NCBI GenBank assembly: GCA_951406725.2
Contig: OX597830.1
Coordinates: 21,948,001 to 22,012,000 of the forward strand
Reading direction: 5' to 3'
Source of the DNA: Octopus vulgaris
Taxonomy: Eukaryota
Length of the DNA stretch: 64,000 nucleotides
Positions 1 to 12,500 of the stretch are shown one piece after another (within the stretch, counting starts at the first letter, position 1; each line of letters begins with the position of its first letter). The position numbers were made by a program, and so were the translations under genes. The notes beneath the pieces are model-generated. The model was not told the DNA's origin, made no database searches, and saw nothing but the letters and a program-made list of their open reading frames with translations.

Positions 1-209
1 ATAAATCAATTTCAGAAGTGGCTTGGAATCACTATCAACACTGATATGCTCCAGAAAACAGCACAACTCAGAATAGCCAGGATTTTGAGAAGATTAATGT
101 CGATATAACTGGAATGAGAAAGCTAACAGGATCCATAGTCGTTAGTTATGACCCACTCCTGATCAAAAAATATCGACATACATTCAATCTGAGAAATTTG
201 ACAATAATA

Positions 210-1070
210 CTCATTATCATCATTAATGTCCGTTGTCCACGCTGGCATGGATTGGATGGTTTGACAAGGGCTGGCAAGCTGGAAGGCTGCACCAGACTCC
301 AGTCTGATTTGGCATGGTTTCTACACCTGCATGCCCTTCCTAATGCCAACCACTCCAAGAATGTAATGGGTGCTTTTACATGCCACCAGCATGGGTGCCA
401 TTTGCATGACACCAGCATCTGCCACGACTGTGATTTTATTTGGCTTGATGGGTCTTCTCAAGCACGGCAATAATTCCAAAGGCCTTGGTCATTCGTCATT
501 GCCTCCATGAGACCCAACACTCAAAAGGTGCTTTTCATGAAACACCAGCATCGGCTACTTTGAAGGCCCAATGCTTTTTTTTACATGCCACCGGCAGGGG
601 TGCCAGTTACGTGACACCAGCATCGGCCACAACAACGATTTCACTTAGCTTGACAGGTCTTCTCAAGCACAGCATAATCGCCAATGGTCTTGGTCACTAG
701 TCATCACCTCTGTGAGGCCCAAAATTCAAAGATCATGCTTCACCAGATCTTTGAATTTTGGTCGGGACGAGGTGGTGAAGCATGATCTTTGAATTTTGGG
801 CCTCACAGAGGTGATGACTAGTGACCAAGACCTTTGGCGATTTTTTCCTGGGTCTGCTTCTACCACGGGTTCTCTCCACAGTTAGAGAATGGCACTTCTT
901 TACACAGCTGTCCTCGTCCATACGCATCATACGACCACACCAGAGCAGTCATCTCTCTTGCACACCACATCTGATGCCTCTTATGCCAAACTTTTCTCTC
1001 AAGATGTTTACAATCTGTCATACATAACCACTGACATTGCACATCCATCAAAGCATAATGGCTTCATTTT
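210..1070 (-). mobile_element. RTE-type LINE 3' fragment with its 3' UTR/(ATG)n tail
   Basis: Minus-strand translation remnants LVWSY/MMRMDEDSCVKKC...RGRSRPRK resemble the RTE C-terminus; near-identical arrangement at 63237-64000. Confidence 0.7.
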
Positions 1071-1077
1071 ATGAAGA

Positions 1078-1082
1078 TGATG

Positions 1083-1130
<48 letters not shown>
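1078..1130. repeat. (TAA)n microsatellite
   Basis: Direct observation. Confidence 0.95.
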
Positions 1131-1134
<4 letters not shown>

Positions 1135-1276
1135 GAAAGTAGTGTGTGGATAAAATTTACTTCCCTTATATCACACAAAGGACACTGAGATTTCAACATC
1201 AAACTCAAAACAGATTAAAAATTGATGGTGCTGATGGGAACTATGGATTAAAAAAAAAAAAAAAAGAGAGACAGAC

Positions 1277-1311
<35 letters not shown>

Positions 1312-1370
1312 TGCAGGTGTTCTGCCACTAAGACTGTTTCCAATCTCAGCATCGGCATGTGTTTCCAATC

Positions 1371-1792
1371 TCAGAACCGACGCATGTTTGTGTAGCTCTC
1401 ATAATGTGAATCCCTCATCTGCCCTCCCATGCCCCCACCACCTCCGCCTCCGCCGCCGCCGCCACCTCCGCCACCGCCACCACCACCACCACTCATCATT
1501 CCGCTGTGGTGCGAGTATGAAAATACATTGCCAGGTCCTGTGTTCAACATCAGCCCGCCACTGCCACTACCACCAATCCCTCCGCCGCTGCTGCCACCGC
1601 CACCCATGCCGCTGCCTCTACCAAGATAACCGGAACTGTTCATACTGCTGCTTCCTCCCGCTTGATGGTCATGGTTGGCACTCATACTGCTGCTTATCCA
1701 CCGGTCACTCTGTCGAGATCCTCCACCGCCGCCGCCACCACTGCCCACATTTCCAGACATATTTGACCACTCATCCATTTTCCAGTCAAGAT
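1371..1792 (-). CDS. SAFB: SAFB-like terminal coding exon, Gly-rich tail with ~20-residue poly-Gly
   Basis: tttctag acceptor (ct at 1793-1794), phase 1; [13 protein letters not shown]...[18 protein letters not shown] at 1371-1373. Confidence 0.9.
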
Positions 1793-2272
1793 CTAGAAAG
1801 AAAAAAATAAATCATCATCATCATCATCATCATCGTTTAACGTCCGTTTTCCATGCTGGCATCGGTTGGACAATTCGACTGGTGTCTGGGAGGCCAGGAG
1901 GCTGCACCAGGCCCCAATCTGATCTGGCAGGGTTTCTACAGCTGGATACCCTTCCTAACACCAATCACTCCGAGTGTAGTGGGTGCTTTTTACATGCCGC
2001 TGGCACAGGTGCCATAGGAACTGGCATCAACCACAATCAGATGGTGCTTTTTACATGCCACTGGCATGGAAGCCAGTCAAGGCGGCACTGGCATCGGCCA
2101 CATTCGGATGGTGCTTTTTATGTGCCACCAGCACAGGGGTGGGGTAAAATAAAATGAATAAAATTTTAAAAAATAAAATAAATATTGCTGTTTTTAAATC
2201 TCTTTAAAATGCAATGGGGGAAGACAAGCTGACCAAAACCTTGTTAGATTTGGTGGACAAGCACAAAGAAGC

Positions 2273-2309
<37 letters not shown>

Positions 2310-3765
2310 TGGTTTTGACATTGCATGATAGTCATAAATGAGCATCACCTTAACTAAAACCAATGATGATGCATCTTTCACCTTTTACTTGTTTCAATCA
2401 TTGGACTGTGGCCATGCTGGGGCACCGCCTTGAAGAGTTTTTAGTCAAATTGTTAGGGTTAGGGTTAGTACTTTTATTTTTGTTAAGCCTGACACTTATT
2501 CTATCAATCTCCCTTGCTGAACTGCTAAGTTACAGGGATGTAAACACACCAACACCTGTTGTCAAGTGGAGGGGGCAAACACACACACACATATATATAT
2601 ACAATGGACGTCTTTCAGTATCTGTCTATCAAATTCATTCACAAGGCTATAGAAGAAAACATTTGCCCAAGGTGCTATGCAGTGGGACTGAACCCAGAAC
2701 CATATGGTTAGGAAGCAAGTTTCTTACCACATATCCATGCCAGTGCCCCTGTGCATACATTTATGTAAAAATGTCCTGGGTATGACTAAACTGCACCAGG
2801 AAGCAGGGCTCTAGTTCAGGGGTTCTGGCGTTTTGAGGAGTGTGGAACCACCCCTTAGCCACTATAGCTCACAGGTCAATTGTGACTCAGAGTAGTAGCA
2901 CCTGTCGAGATCCCAGCTAAGGGTCAACTAGCATATGTGATGACATTTCATCTGAGCACAGGGACACAGAAATACTCTTTGTTAGTGTCAGAGCACAAAA
3001 TAAAACCACTGGGAATGAGGGACCCTTGGCTGTTGTCATAGCATCCTTGTTAAAAGAGGGACACTCTGATGTAAAACCTATGGTTTTTTGTGATTGCTGG
3101 TCATCTCACTTTGACCTGTCGTTAGGCACTAATCGCTGAGAGCAGTACTTGTGCTATACAAGTGTTTATCATTATAACACAATGGTGTACATATGTTTCT
3201 TTATAGTGACCTCATTTGTCATTCCATTGGCTGAAAGTCGCATTACGATAGAAGAGTAGACGACATGTGCAGACCTAACCAGTAAGAAGTATGCAATATG
3301 TTACAGCTATGTCTGTTACCTATGCTTCGAACCTTGTAGATGTGCATTGGGACTAAATAGTCATATGGGAGGTCATGAATGGAAGGTCAGAAATGCTACT
3401 GCCAAGGAAGCGCAAGGAGATGGCAATCTTCTGTGAAGATGAAGCAATCACCATATGTGTGTGTGTGTGTAATATACACATACATATATATGTGTGTGTG
3501 TGAGTATATTGGGTTGGTGCATAATTATTGTGGCCTTTTTCTAAAAAAATTTATTCAACAAAAACAATAACAATATTTAGCAAAAACATCTTTAAAAGAC
3601 GGTCTGACCATCTGCCAAGCAAATAGAAAGCAGTAATTAAAGTAGATGGAGAATATGCTCCAGGATAATCATTTAAAGATGTTTTTGTTAAATGTTGTTA
3701 TTATTTTTGTTGAATAAAAGCCGCAATAATTATGCACACAACACAATATATATATGTATGTATGC

Positions 3766-3798
<33 letters not shown>

Positions 3799-6700
3799 CA
3801 TGTATATGCATATATATATATATAAATACATACACATGTGTATGCATATATATATACATACATACACATATGTATGCATATATATATGCATACATACACA
3901 TATGTATGCATATATATATATATATATACACATGTATACATATATATATATATACACATATGTATGCATATATATATATATACACATGTATACATATGTA
4001 TATATATATATATATACATACACATATGTATGCATATATATACATACACATATGTGCAGATATATATATGTGTATTTATATATGTGTATATGTGTGTGTG
4101 TCTGTGAATATATATTCATATATATAGGCTGTGTGGTAAGAAGCTTGCTTCCCAACATGGTTCCAGGTTCAGTCCCACAGCAGCGCACCTTGGGCAAGTG
4201 TCTTCTGCTATAGCCTCAGGCTGACCAAAGCCTTGTGAGTGGAAAGAAGCCCGTCATATGTATGTATGTGTGTGCGAGTTTGTCCCTCCACCACCACCGC
4301 CTGACAACTGATGTTGGTGTGTTTATATGTTGGTGTGTTTATATACATACACATATGTATGCATATATATACATACACATATATATGCATATATATACAT
4401 ACACATATATATGCATATATATACATACACATATGTGTGTATATATATATCGGCAAAAGAAACCGATGAAATAAGTACTGGGTTTACAAAGAATAAGCCC
4501 TGGGGTCAATTTCATTGACTAAAGGCAGTGCTCCAGCATGGCAGCAGTCAAATGACTGAAGCCAGAGAAAGAAAGAATAAAAGAAATGTGTGTGTGTGAT
4601 TATATAAAGAGGGGAGGTTTTACCTGGAGAGTTTCTCATTCTGCCAAGACGGTTGTGAGCTGATACACTTCTGTGGTCAATGTCTCTGCTGTGCAGCATA
4701 TTTCGACGGTCAGACTCATACACAATGTGGTCTGGATCTCTTCTAAAGCCAGTGTCCATTCTGGAGAAGTGGGAAATAAAATGCATACAGTAAGGTAACA
4801 GGGATGAATATAGTGATACACATACACACATTACACAGGATTAATGACTGAAAGACTTAGGCATTGATTTACTGACCAGAACATCATCAGTAAGGTGAGG
4901 GTTGACAACAAGTGCAGTGTTGAAGAATTCAGGATACAAATAGGGGTTCACCAAGGATCAGTCCACAGCCCCCTCTTGTTCATCATAGTCCTCCAAGCAA
5001 TAACAGAAGAATTTAAGACAAGCTACTCCTGGGAGCTCCTCTATGCTGGTGACATTGTTCTTATAGCTCAATCACTACCAGAAGTAAAGAAGTTTCAGGT
5101 ATGGAAGCAAGGTCTAGAATTGAAGGGCCTTACAGTTAACCTAGCAAAAACCAAAGTCTTAGTAAGTAAGAAGGCAGACAAATGATAAATCCCTTCAGTT
5201 AGATGGCCCTGCTCTATCTGTAGAAAAGGCACAGGTAGAAACTCCATAAGATGTACCCAGTGCAAGCTATGGACATATAAGAGGTGCAGCAATATCAGAG
5301 GAAGGTTAACAAGGAAAATAGTTTTTCTGTGTGGAAGACACACAGATACAATACACACCGAAAATGTATAGAAAATAGACTCCATCAAACTGCCAGTGGG
5401 GTAAGCTAGAAGTAGTAGATAGCTTCTGTTCCCTAGGTGACCGAGTTAGAAGCAGAGGTGGATGCTCCAAGAGCGTAGCTGTGAGAATAAGATTAGGCTG
5501 CACAAAGTTGAGAGCTCCTACCTCCGCTGGCAACAAAGGGCCTCTCCCTCAGAGTGAAAGGCAGATTGTAATCGATCTGGCTAGCAAAGTCACTTGATTT
5601 GTAGGTTATCAGATGGTTGGCTGGCTTTCTGAAGTTTGTGTTGCAGATCAATAGGTTAATCGTATCACAGAACTCCAGTAGCCTTTTCCCCTCTTTCTTT
5701 TGGGAACCAATTCCATGGGCCTCGTGTACACCAGGGAAGATACCAGGCTGCAGACGACATGCCCTAATAGCAGTGAGCAGGGATATGGTCTGGAGGACCA
5801 AGGATGCCAGGGGTCTGAAATGCCACAATCTCAACTATAAACCTGTCAGAGAGGGACCGATACCTTGACAGTTTGCTTTTCTCAGTCTGACGAAGAGCAG
5901 AGCCTGGGCTGGTAGCTGACAACACCAAGATACCAGGCTGCAGACAACATGTACAGAAGCAAGGCAGTAGGGGTTTCCAGTATAAGAGAAGAGATTTTTG
6001 GTATAGATGGTGGGGCACATTGCAGACAAGCAATGGCCAGCTTCACCTCAGGAAATACCAGTAAGAAGAGAGAGAGAGAGAGAGTTGAAATACTTTATTG
6101 CTGGAGGAATCATGGCAAGTATGAGAAAGACACAAGATATAGAGAGAGGGATCACTGAGGAGAGTATGGAAACACATAGGTTCTGAAACGGAGAAAATAT
6201 TGCAAAAATTTAAAGAATTACGAATTATGAAAGTTATTTTATATTGAACACAAAATTTTACCTGTCAAATTTATCGGAATTCAAGTGCATGTCTAATCTG
6301 GAGCTGTTGTCAAGTGGAGCATTGTATCTATCATGAAGCCGTGAAGAACTTTCACCAACTCTACCCAGGGGCACATCATAGTGGTCTGAGGAGCCAAGGT
6401 TTTTGCTTTCTCTGCCATAATAGGGACCACCTCTTCGGCGATATGCATCTTTCAAGTCACTGTATCTGTGGAAAAGATATAGGGGACAGGTCAATTAATA
6501 ACAATACAGAGATATTGTATGAAAATATAAAACTAGAGTTCAAGAAGTCTAGATTGGTAAAGGATCAATTGTGACTGTGTTGTAAGAAGCCTACTTCCTA
6601 ACCACATGATTTCAGGTTTCAGTCCCACTCCATGGCACCTTAGGCAAATGTTCGTAGCTTCAGGCTGACCAAAGCTTCATGAGTGGATTTGGTAGACAGA

Positions 6701-8992
6701 AACTGAAAGACGCCCATCATATATGTGTGTGTGTGTGTGTTTTGTCTTGATATCACATGATAGTTGTAAATGAGTGTCACCATCATGCAAGTGGTGTCCA
6801 TTTCCAATCTTCCATGGAAACATGGTTGGTCATGGAGGGAAATGTAACCTTGCTTGGAAACAGGTGAGGGCTGGTGACAGGTAGGGCATCCAGTTGTAGA
6901 AAATCTGCCTCAATCAAAAACTACGGCCAAGCCAGGCAAGCATGTAAAAGAAGATGTTAAAATAATGATGATAACAATAATGATGATTACTTCCTTTCTT
7001 GTTTACCAATTTGAGAGGTGGTCCAGGCTGGGAGGGCCTGCAAAGACCATGGCCACTGCTACCTCATCTACACTGAGTATCTCATAAGAAATCATGATCA
7101 TCATCATCATCATTTAGCATCTGTTTTCTGTGATGGTATGGTTTGGACAGTTTGTGAGGAGCTGACCAGCCGGAGAACTGCCCAGGCTCCAGTTGTCCAT
7201 TTTGACATGGTTTCTACAGCTGGATGCCCTTCCTAATCTCAACCACTTTACAGAGTGTACTGGGTGCTTTATATGTAGCACTGGCACAGATGCAGTATAT
7301 GTGGCACTAGGCACAGGTGCTTTTGCAACACCAGACAGGGGTGCTTTATACATGCCACCCACACAGGTGCTTTATACATAGCATTGGCACTAGTGTTTTA
7401 TATGTGGCACCAGCTTTAGACATGGCATTGGTGCAGGTGCTTTATACATTGCACCGGCTCAGGTTCTTTATGTATGAGACCGGCACAAGTGCTTTATACT
7501 TGGTACATGGCACAGGTGCTTTATATGTAGCCCCAGCATGGACGCTTTAGGCATGGTACTGGTGCAAGTGCTTTATATGTGACACCGGCACAGGTGCTTT
7601 ATACGTAGAACTGGTAAAGGTGCCTCATACGTGACACTGGCATGGGTGCTTTATATGTGGCACCAGGCACGAGTACTTTATACATGGCACTGGCATGGAC
7701 ACTGTATGTGTGACACCAGCATGGGTACTTTATTTTGGGTTGTCCAGAAAGTTTGTGTCGATTTATAGTAGCTTACCTTTCGACTTATTTTAGAACATGG
7801 TTGAGTCCATAGAATAGGATTTGACTACACCTCCATTTAGAACACAGTTTAAGCTATCTTTTCATGGAAGAAGGTTTATGTTCCTATAACCTGTGTTAAT
7901 TCTGTAACCCTTTAAAATGGAAGATAAGAAAGAAAGTTCATTTTCGGCACTTGATGCTTTGGGAACCAGACAAAAATTGCTGCAGCTCAGCTTGGATGTG
8001 TTACCCCACCCTCCATATTCACCAGATTTCCACTTATTCAGATCTCTGCAGAATAGTCTTAATGGTAAAAATTTCAATTCCTTGGGTGACGTAAAAAGAT
8101 ACCTTCATGAATTCTTTTCCATGAAACACCCACAATTCTGGGAAGAGGGTATTTTCAAGTTGAAGGAAAGATGGAGACGCATTGCGCAACAAAATGGTTC
8201 GTATTTGGTTGATTAAAAATGTAATGACAAGTATTTATTGACCTTTTTCTTTCCTTTAAAAATCGGCACGCACTTTCCGGACAACCCAATACATATCACC
8301 AAACACAGAAATGGCATTTGATAATGGAAAAGAATTAAAAATATTAAAAAAAAAAAAAAAACACAGCAAGAGAGAGGTGAAGCAACATTTAGTTTAGACT
8401 AAACTGGCCTAACAGAATCTCCCAAACTGCATACCTTGATTCAGGAATCAGAGAACCGTATCGGAGAGATAAGCTACCACCATTGTCCTCCATACTGTGG
8501 TCGTTCCAGAATGAGTCACCATGCATGTGATTTCTATCAAAGGATCGCTTCGCAGACCTTTCGTCTTCATACCGCAAACTAAGAAACGAGAAAAATTTAA
8601 TGATTAAAATGATCATTGTAGAGGATAAGAGAGCATGTGTGTGTGTATATCTATATATTATATATATATATATATATGTAAATCGGAATCGAAATTGAAC
8701 CAATCCTATGACTGGCACCCGGCAGATGCCAGGACCCCTGGACTGGAGATACGTAAAAAGCACTATCCAAATCGTGGCCGATGCCAGCACCGCTTTGACT
8801 GGCTTCCGTGTCGGTGGCACATAAAAAGCACCCACTACACTCTCGGAGTGGTTGGCGTTAGGAAGGGCATCCAGCTGTAGAAACTTTGCCAGATAAGACC
8901 GGAGCCTGGTGCAGCCTTCTGGCTTCCCAGATCCCCGGTCGAACCATCCAAACCATGCTAGCATGGAGAACGGACGTTAACGATGATGATGA

Positions 8993-9045
<53 letters not shown>

Positions 9046-9511
9046 TTAATTAAATTAGAAGGACACATTAGTATAATTTTACCCAAAATCTCCAAGAGGA
9101 TAAGGAGAAAGACAAAGAACATGTTTTACCAACAACATCATGGTTCTAACTCCAAATTGACTTTTTGACGTACACAATATTTTAATCATTTAGAAATATT
9201 TTTAACTGAATGTGAGTTCATCTTCCGGAGTTCGCTAATTTCCGTAAAAATTTTTTTATTTATTTACTTTTGTTTTAAAGTGAAAGAGAGGAAAAAGTGA
9301 AAGATGTATGTACGTGTATATGAATTGGACATGTGTGTGAGAGAGAGAGAGAAAGAGAGAGAGAGTGAGTGAAGGGGTGTGTTGTCATGTATACGTACAT
9401 ACATCAATACATATGCATACATCTTTTTTGTATGTACGTGTGTGTCTGAGAGAGAGGGAGAGTGAGTGAACGTGTGTGTTCTCATGTATGTGTAAGTGGC
9501 ACACACACACA

Positions 9512-9542
<31 letters not shown>

Positions 9543-12500
9543 ACACACACATCCATTTCATATACACGTTCATACATCTTTCACTTTGTCCTCTCGTTCA
9601 CTTTAAAACAAAAGTAAGTGATTTTCAGGATAAAAATTGTTACAAAAAAAAAAGCTTCTACTCATGTAAATTGATGAATATTGTTTGGATAGTTCCAATT
9701 AAACAAGTCCAGAAGTTAGGTTAAATAAATATATATATACATGCATAAGTACCGTGAATTCCCATTCTACAAACTGGCAAACAATTCCATGAATACTTTA
9801 CCGGGCAATGCTGTGTAGTAAGTGTAGTATACATAAAAAAATAATAAAAAAATTTGAAAAGGGTATATAGTCAATTAAATTGACTTCAGCGTCTTGAATA
9901 AGATTTGAAATTAGTGTATAAAGGGACATAACTGAATATGGCAAGGCACTTTGCCTGAGACGCTCCTAATTCTGCCATCTCACCTCTTAATAATAATGAT
10001 TGTCTGTAACATTAGTAAAAAGCCACAAATATGAAGAAAGAGAGTTAGCTGATCACCATATTTGATGGCATAAAAGACACACAGACATATTAAATGTGGC
10101 AAGCTGGCTGAATCATGAGCATGCTGAGCAAAATGCTTAACAGTATTTCTTCAGACTTTATGTTCTGAGTTCAAATTTCACCAAGATCAACTTTGCCTTC
10201 CATTCTTTTGAGATAGATAAAATAAAGTACCAGTTGAATGCTGGGGTCGATTTAATCGACTTGGTCCCGCCTTCAAAACTGCTGGCTTTGTGCCAAAATT
10301 TGAAATCAATATTTAAAGTAACTTTGCATATAAGCTCCAGGGTGATTTTTTTTTGGCAACATTTTTTTGTTCAAGGAAAAAAAAATGCATCTTATATGCC
10401 AACAAATACAGTTAATCAAATATTTGATACATATTTATTTTATTCACTCCTGAAGGACAGAAGGCAAAGTCTACTACAGCAACATTTGAACTCAGAACAT
10501 AAGGATTGACAAACCCTGCCCAGAAAATTGCAGACCTTGTGCCTAAATCATATTATTGACAGCAAGCTGGCAGAATTGTTAGCATGCCAGACAAAGTATT
10601 AGTAGCATATCTTTCAGCTTCATGTTCTGAGATCAAATCCCAGCAGGGTCAACTTCACATTTCATCCTTCCAATGGTCAGTAAAATAAGTACCAGTTGAT
10701 GTGATCGACAAGCTCCCTCCCATCAAATTTCTGGCCTTATGCCTATAGTTGAAGGGCTTATTTTATTAAGTGAACAGGGGTACTCTGACAGAATCTTTAG
10801 CATATTGGACAAAATACTTAGAAGCATTTCTTAAATCTGCTGAGGTCAACTTCACCTTTACAAATATTGCAAAGCATTATATCCAATACTCTAACGACTT
10901 TATCAATCGAATCCAATGCCTTGTTAATATACATTTCAGATTAAATAAAGTGGGATCTTTTCGGCTTGAACGACAGTTTTTTCTAGCGGTGTCATATAAA
11001 ATTGTCACCCATAATTATGACCCTAGTATCGATCTATTGCATTTCAATCTGTTTTAGGGTTAGGGTTGGTTAGGGTTAGGGGTGGGGGGAAGGGTATCTT
11101 TTTTCTTCACAAATGTAAATAAACCCAATCTGTTTCTTAAACAAGGGACATATTCATACGGCACAGAATGTTTTTTACCTCAATAGACGTCACTGATTGG
11201 TTGAAATTGCAGAAATTGAAGAAAAAAACAACAAATATCTTACAAACTACAGAATTTTCTCAATAAAGCCAAGAGAAAAAGATGTTTTATAAACACATTC
11301 TACCAGTGTACGAAGTTTAAAATTTTTTAGTTACCTAGAAATTATGTTAGAAACTGCCATTCAAACCGAAAAGATCCATAAAGTGTAATTCCAGTGTGTA
11401 ATGTAGTTACAAGCATCTCTTACCTGCTCAAAGAATGTGCCCGCTCTCTTTTGGACCACAAGTTACTTTCATTAACAGTTGCCAGTTTCCTTCTGGCTCT
11501 ATCCAGTTTTTCTCTTTCTGTCCTGAAATTAAGTGTTACAAATGTTAGAAAATATATACATTTTTATCTTATACTAGTTTCAGTCATTGGACTGTGGCCA
11601 TGCTGAGCTACCACTTTCAACCCTGAAAGGTTCAGTTAAACAAACCAACTCCCCTCCTCCAGGACTTATTTTTAACCTTATAGCATTCAGATTATTTTAT
11701 CAAGCATAATTCGGCGTTCCTTCGTTTTGACTCAACAAAACCAAAACAAAACCTCGGTTGTTTCCGTGGCAACTCAACAATTCACTTCGGATATCTTCAT
11801 GACCTCCGTGACAGCTGCTAAAATGTGAGGAGGAGAAGAAAGCTAATGGGTTGTGTGTGCGTGCTTGTTCTTGTCTGTGTGTGCGTGCATACGTGCTTGT
11901 TCTTGTCTCCTCCTCACATTTTAGCAGCTGTCATGGAGGTCACGAAGATATCTGAAGTGAATTGTCGAGTTGTCACGGAAACAACTGAGGTTTTGTTTTG
12001 GTTTTGTCAAGTGAAAACGAAGGAATGCCCATAATTCTTATTTATTCACGTGGTTTTGAATTAATCATACATTATCTCATCAGTTCAAGATTGCAATGAT
12101 GTGATTGTTTATTTTTAGAAAAATAGAATATTACAGGGTAGGTGTGAGAAGCTAGATCTGACTGGCTTGAATATAAAACAGGTAGTGTATTTAGGCTTCA
12201 TATCAAGTGATCGCATGACCGACCAGGCTTATCAGATGTTGTTACATATTGCTAGTCACAATGCACTATTGCATTGTTTTAGCCTTCAAACAACACCACC
12301 CCACAGGCTAGGCGAACAGGGCCAAAATCCCTCCCTGATCAAAGGGGAACTGGAGCAATGTGAAATGAAGTGTTTTGCTTAAGAACACAATGCACTGCCC
12401 AGTCAGCGACCATGAGTGCAACAACCTAAACACTAAGTTACAGGGATGTAACTTCGCATCATCAGTTTGGAATCCCTAGCTGCAATATCATATTGACCAG

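Noticed and set aside
1388-1810. Plus-strand poly-Pro and Arg/His ORFs
   Set aside because: Antisense shadows of the Gly-rich terminal exon.
3669-4518. Long YI/MH/CV-rich ORFs (also 12704-13244, 20057-20498)
   Set aside because: Translations of TA/CA/TG microsatellites.
11054-11090. (TTAGGG)n as an interstitial telomere or fusion site
   Set aside because: Only about four units and internal to a TIR/TSD-bounded MITE.
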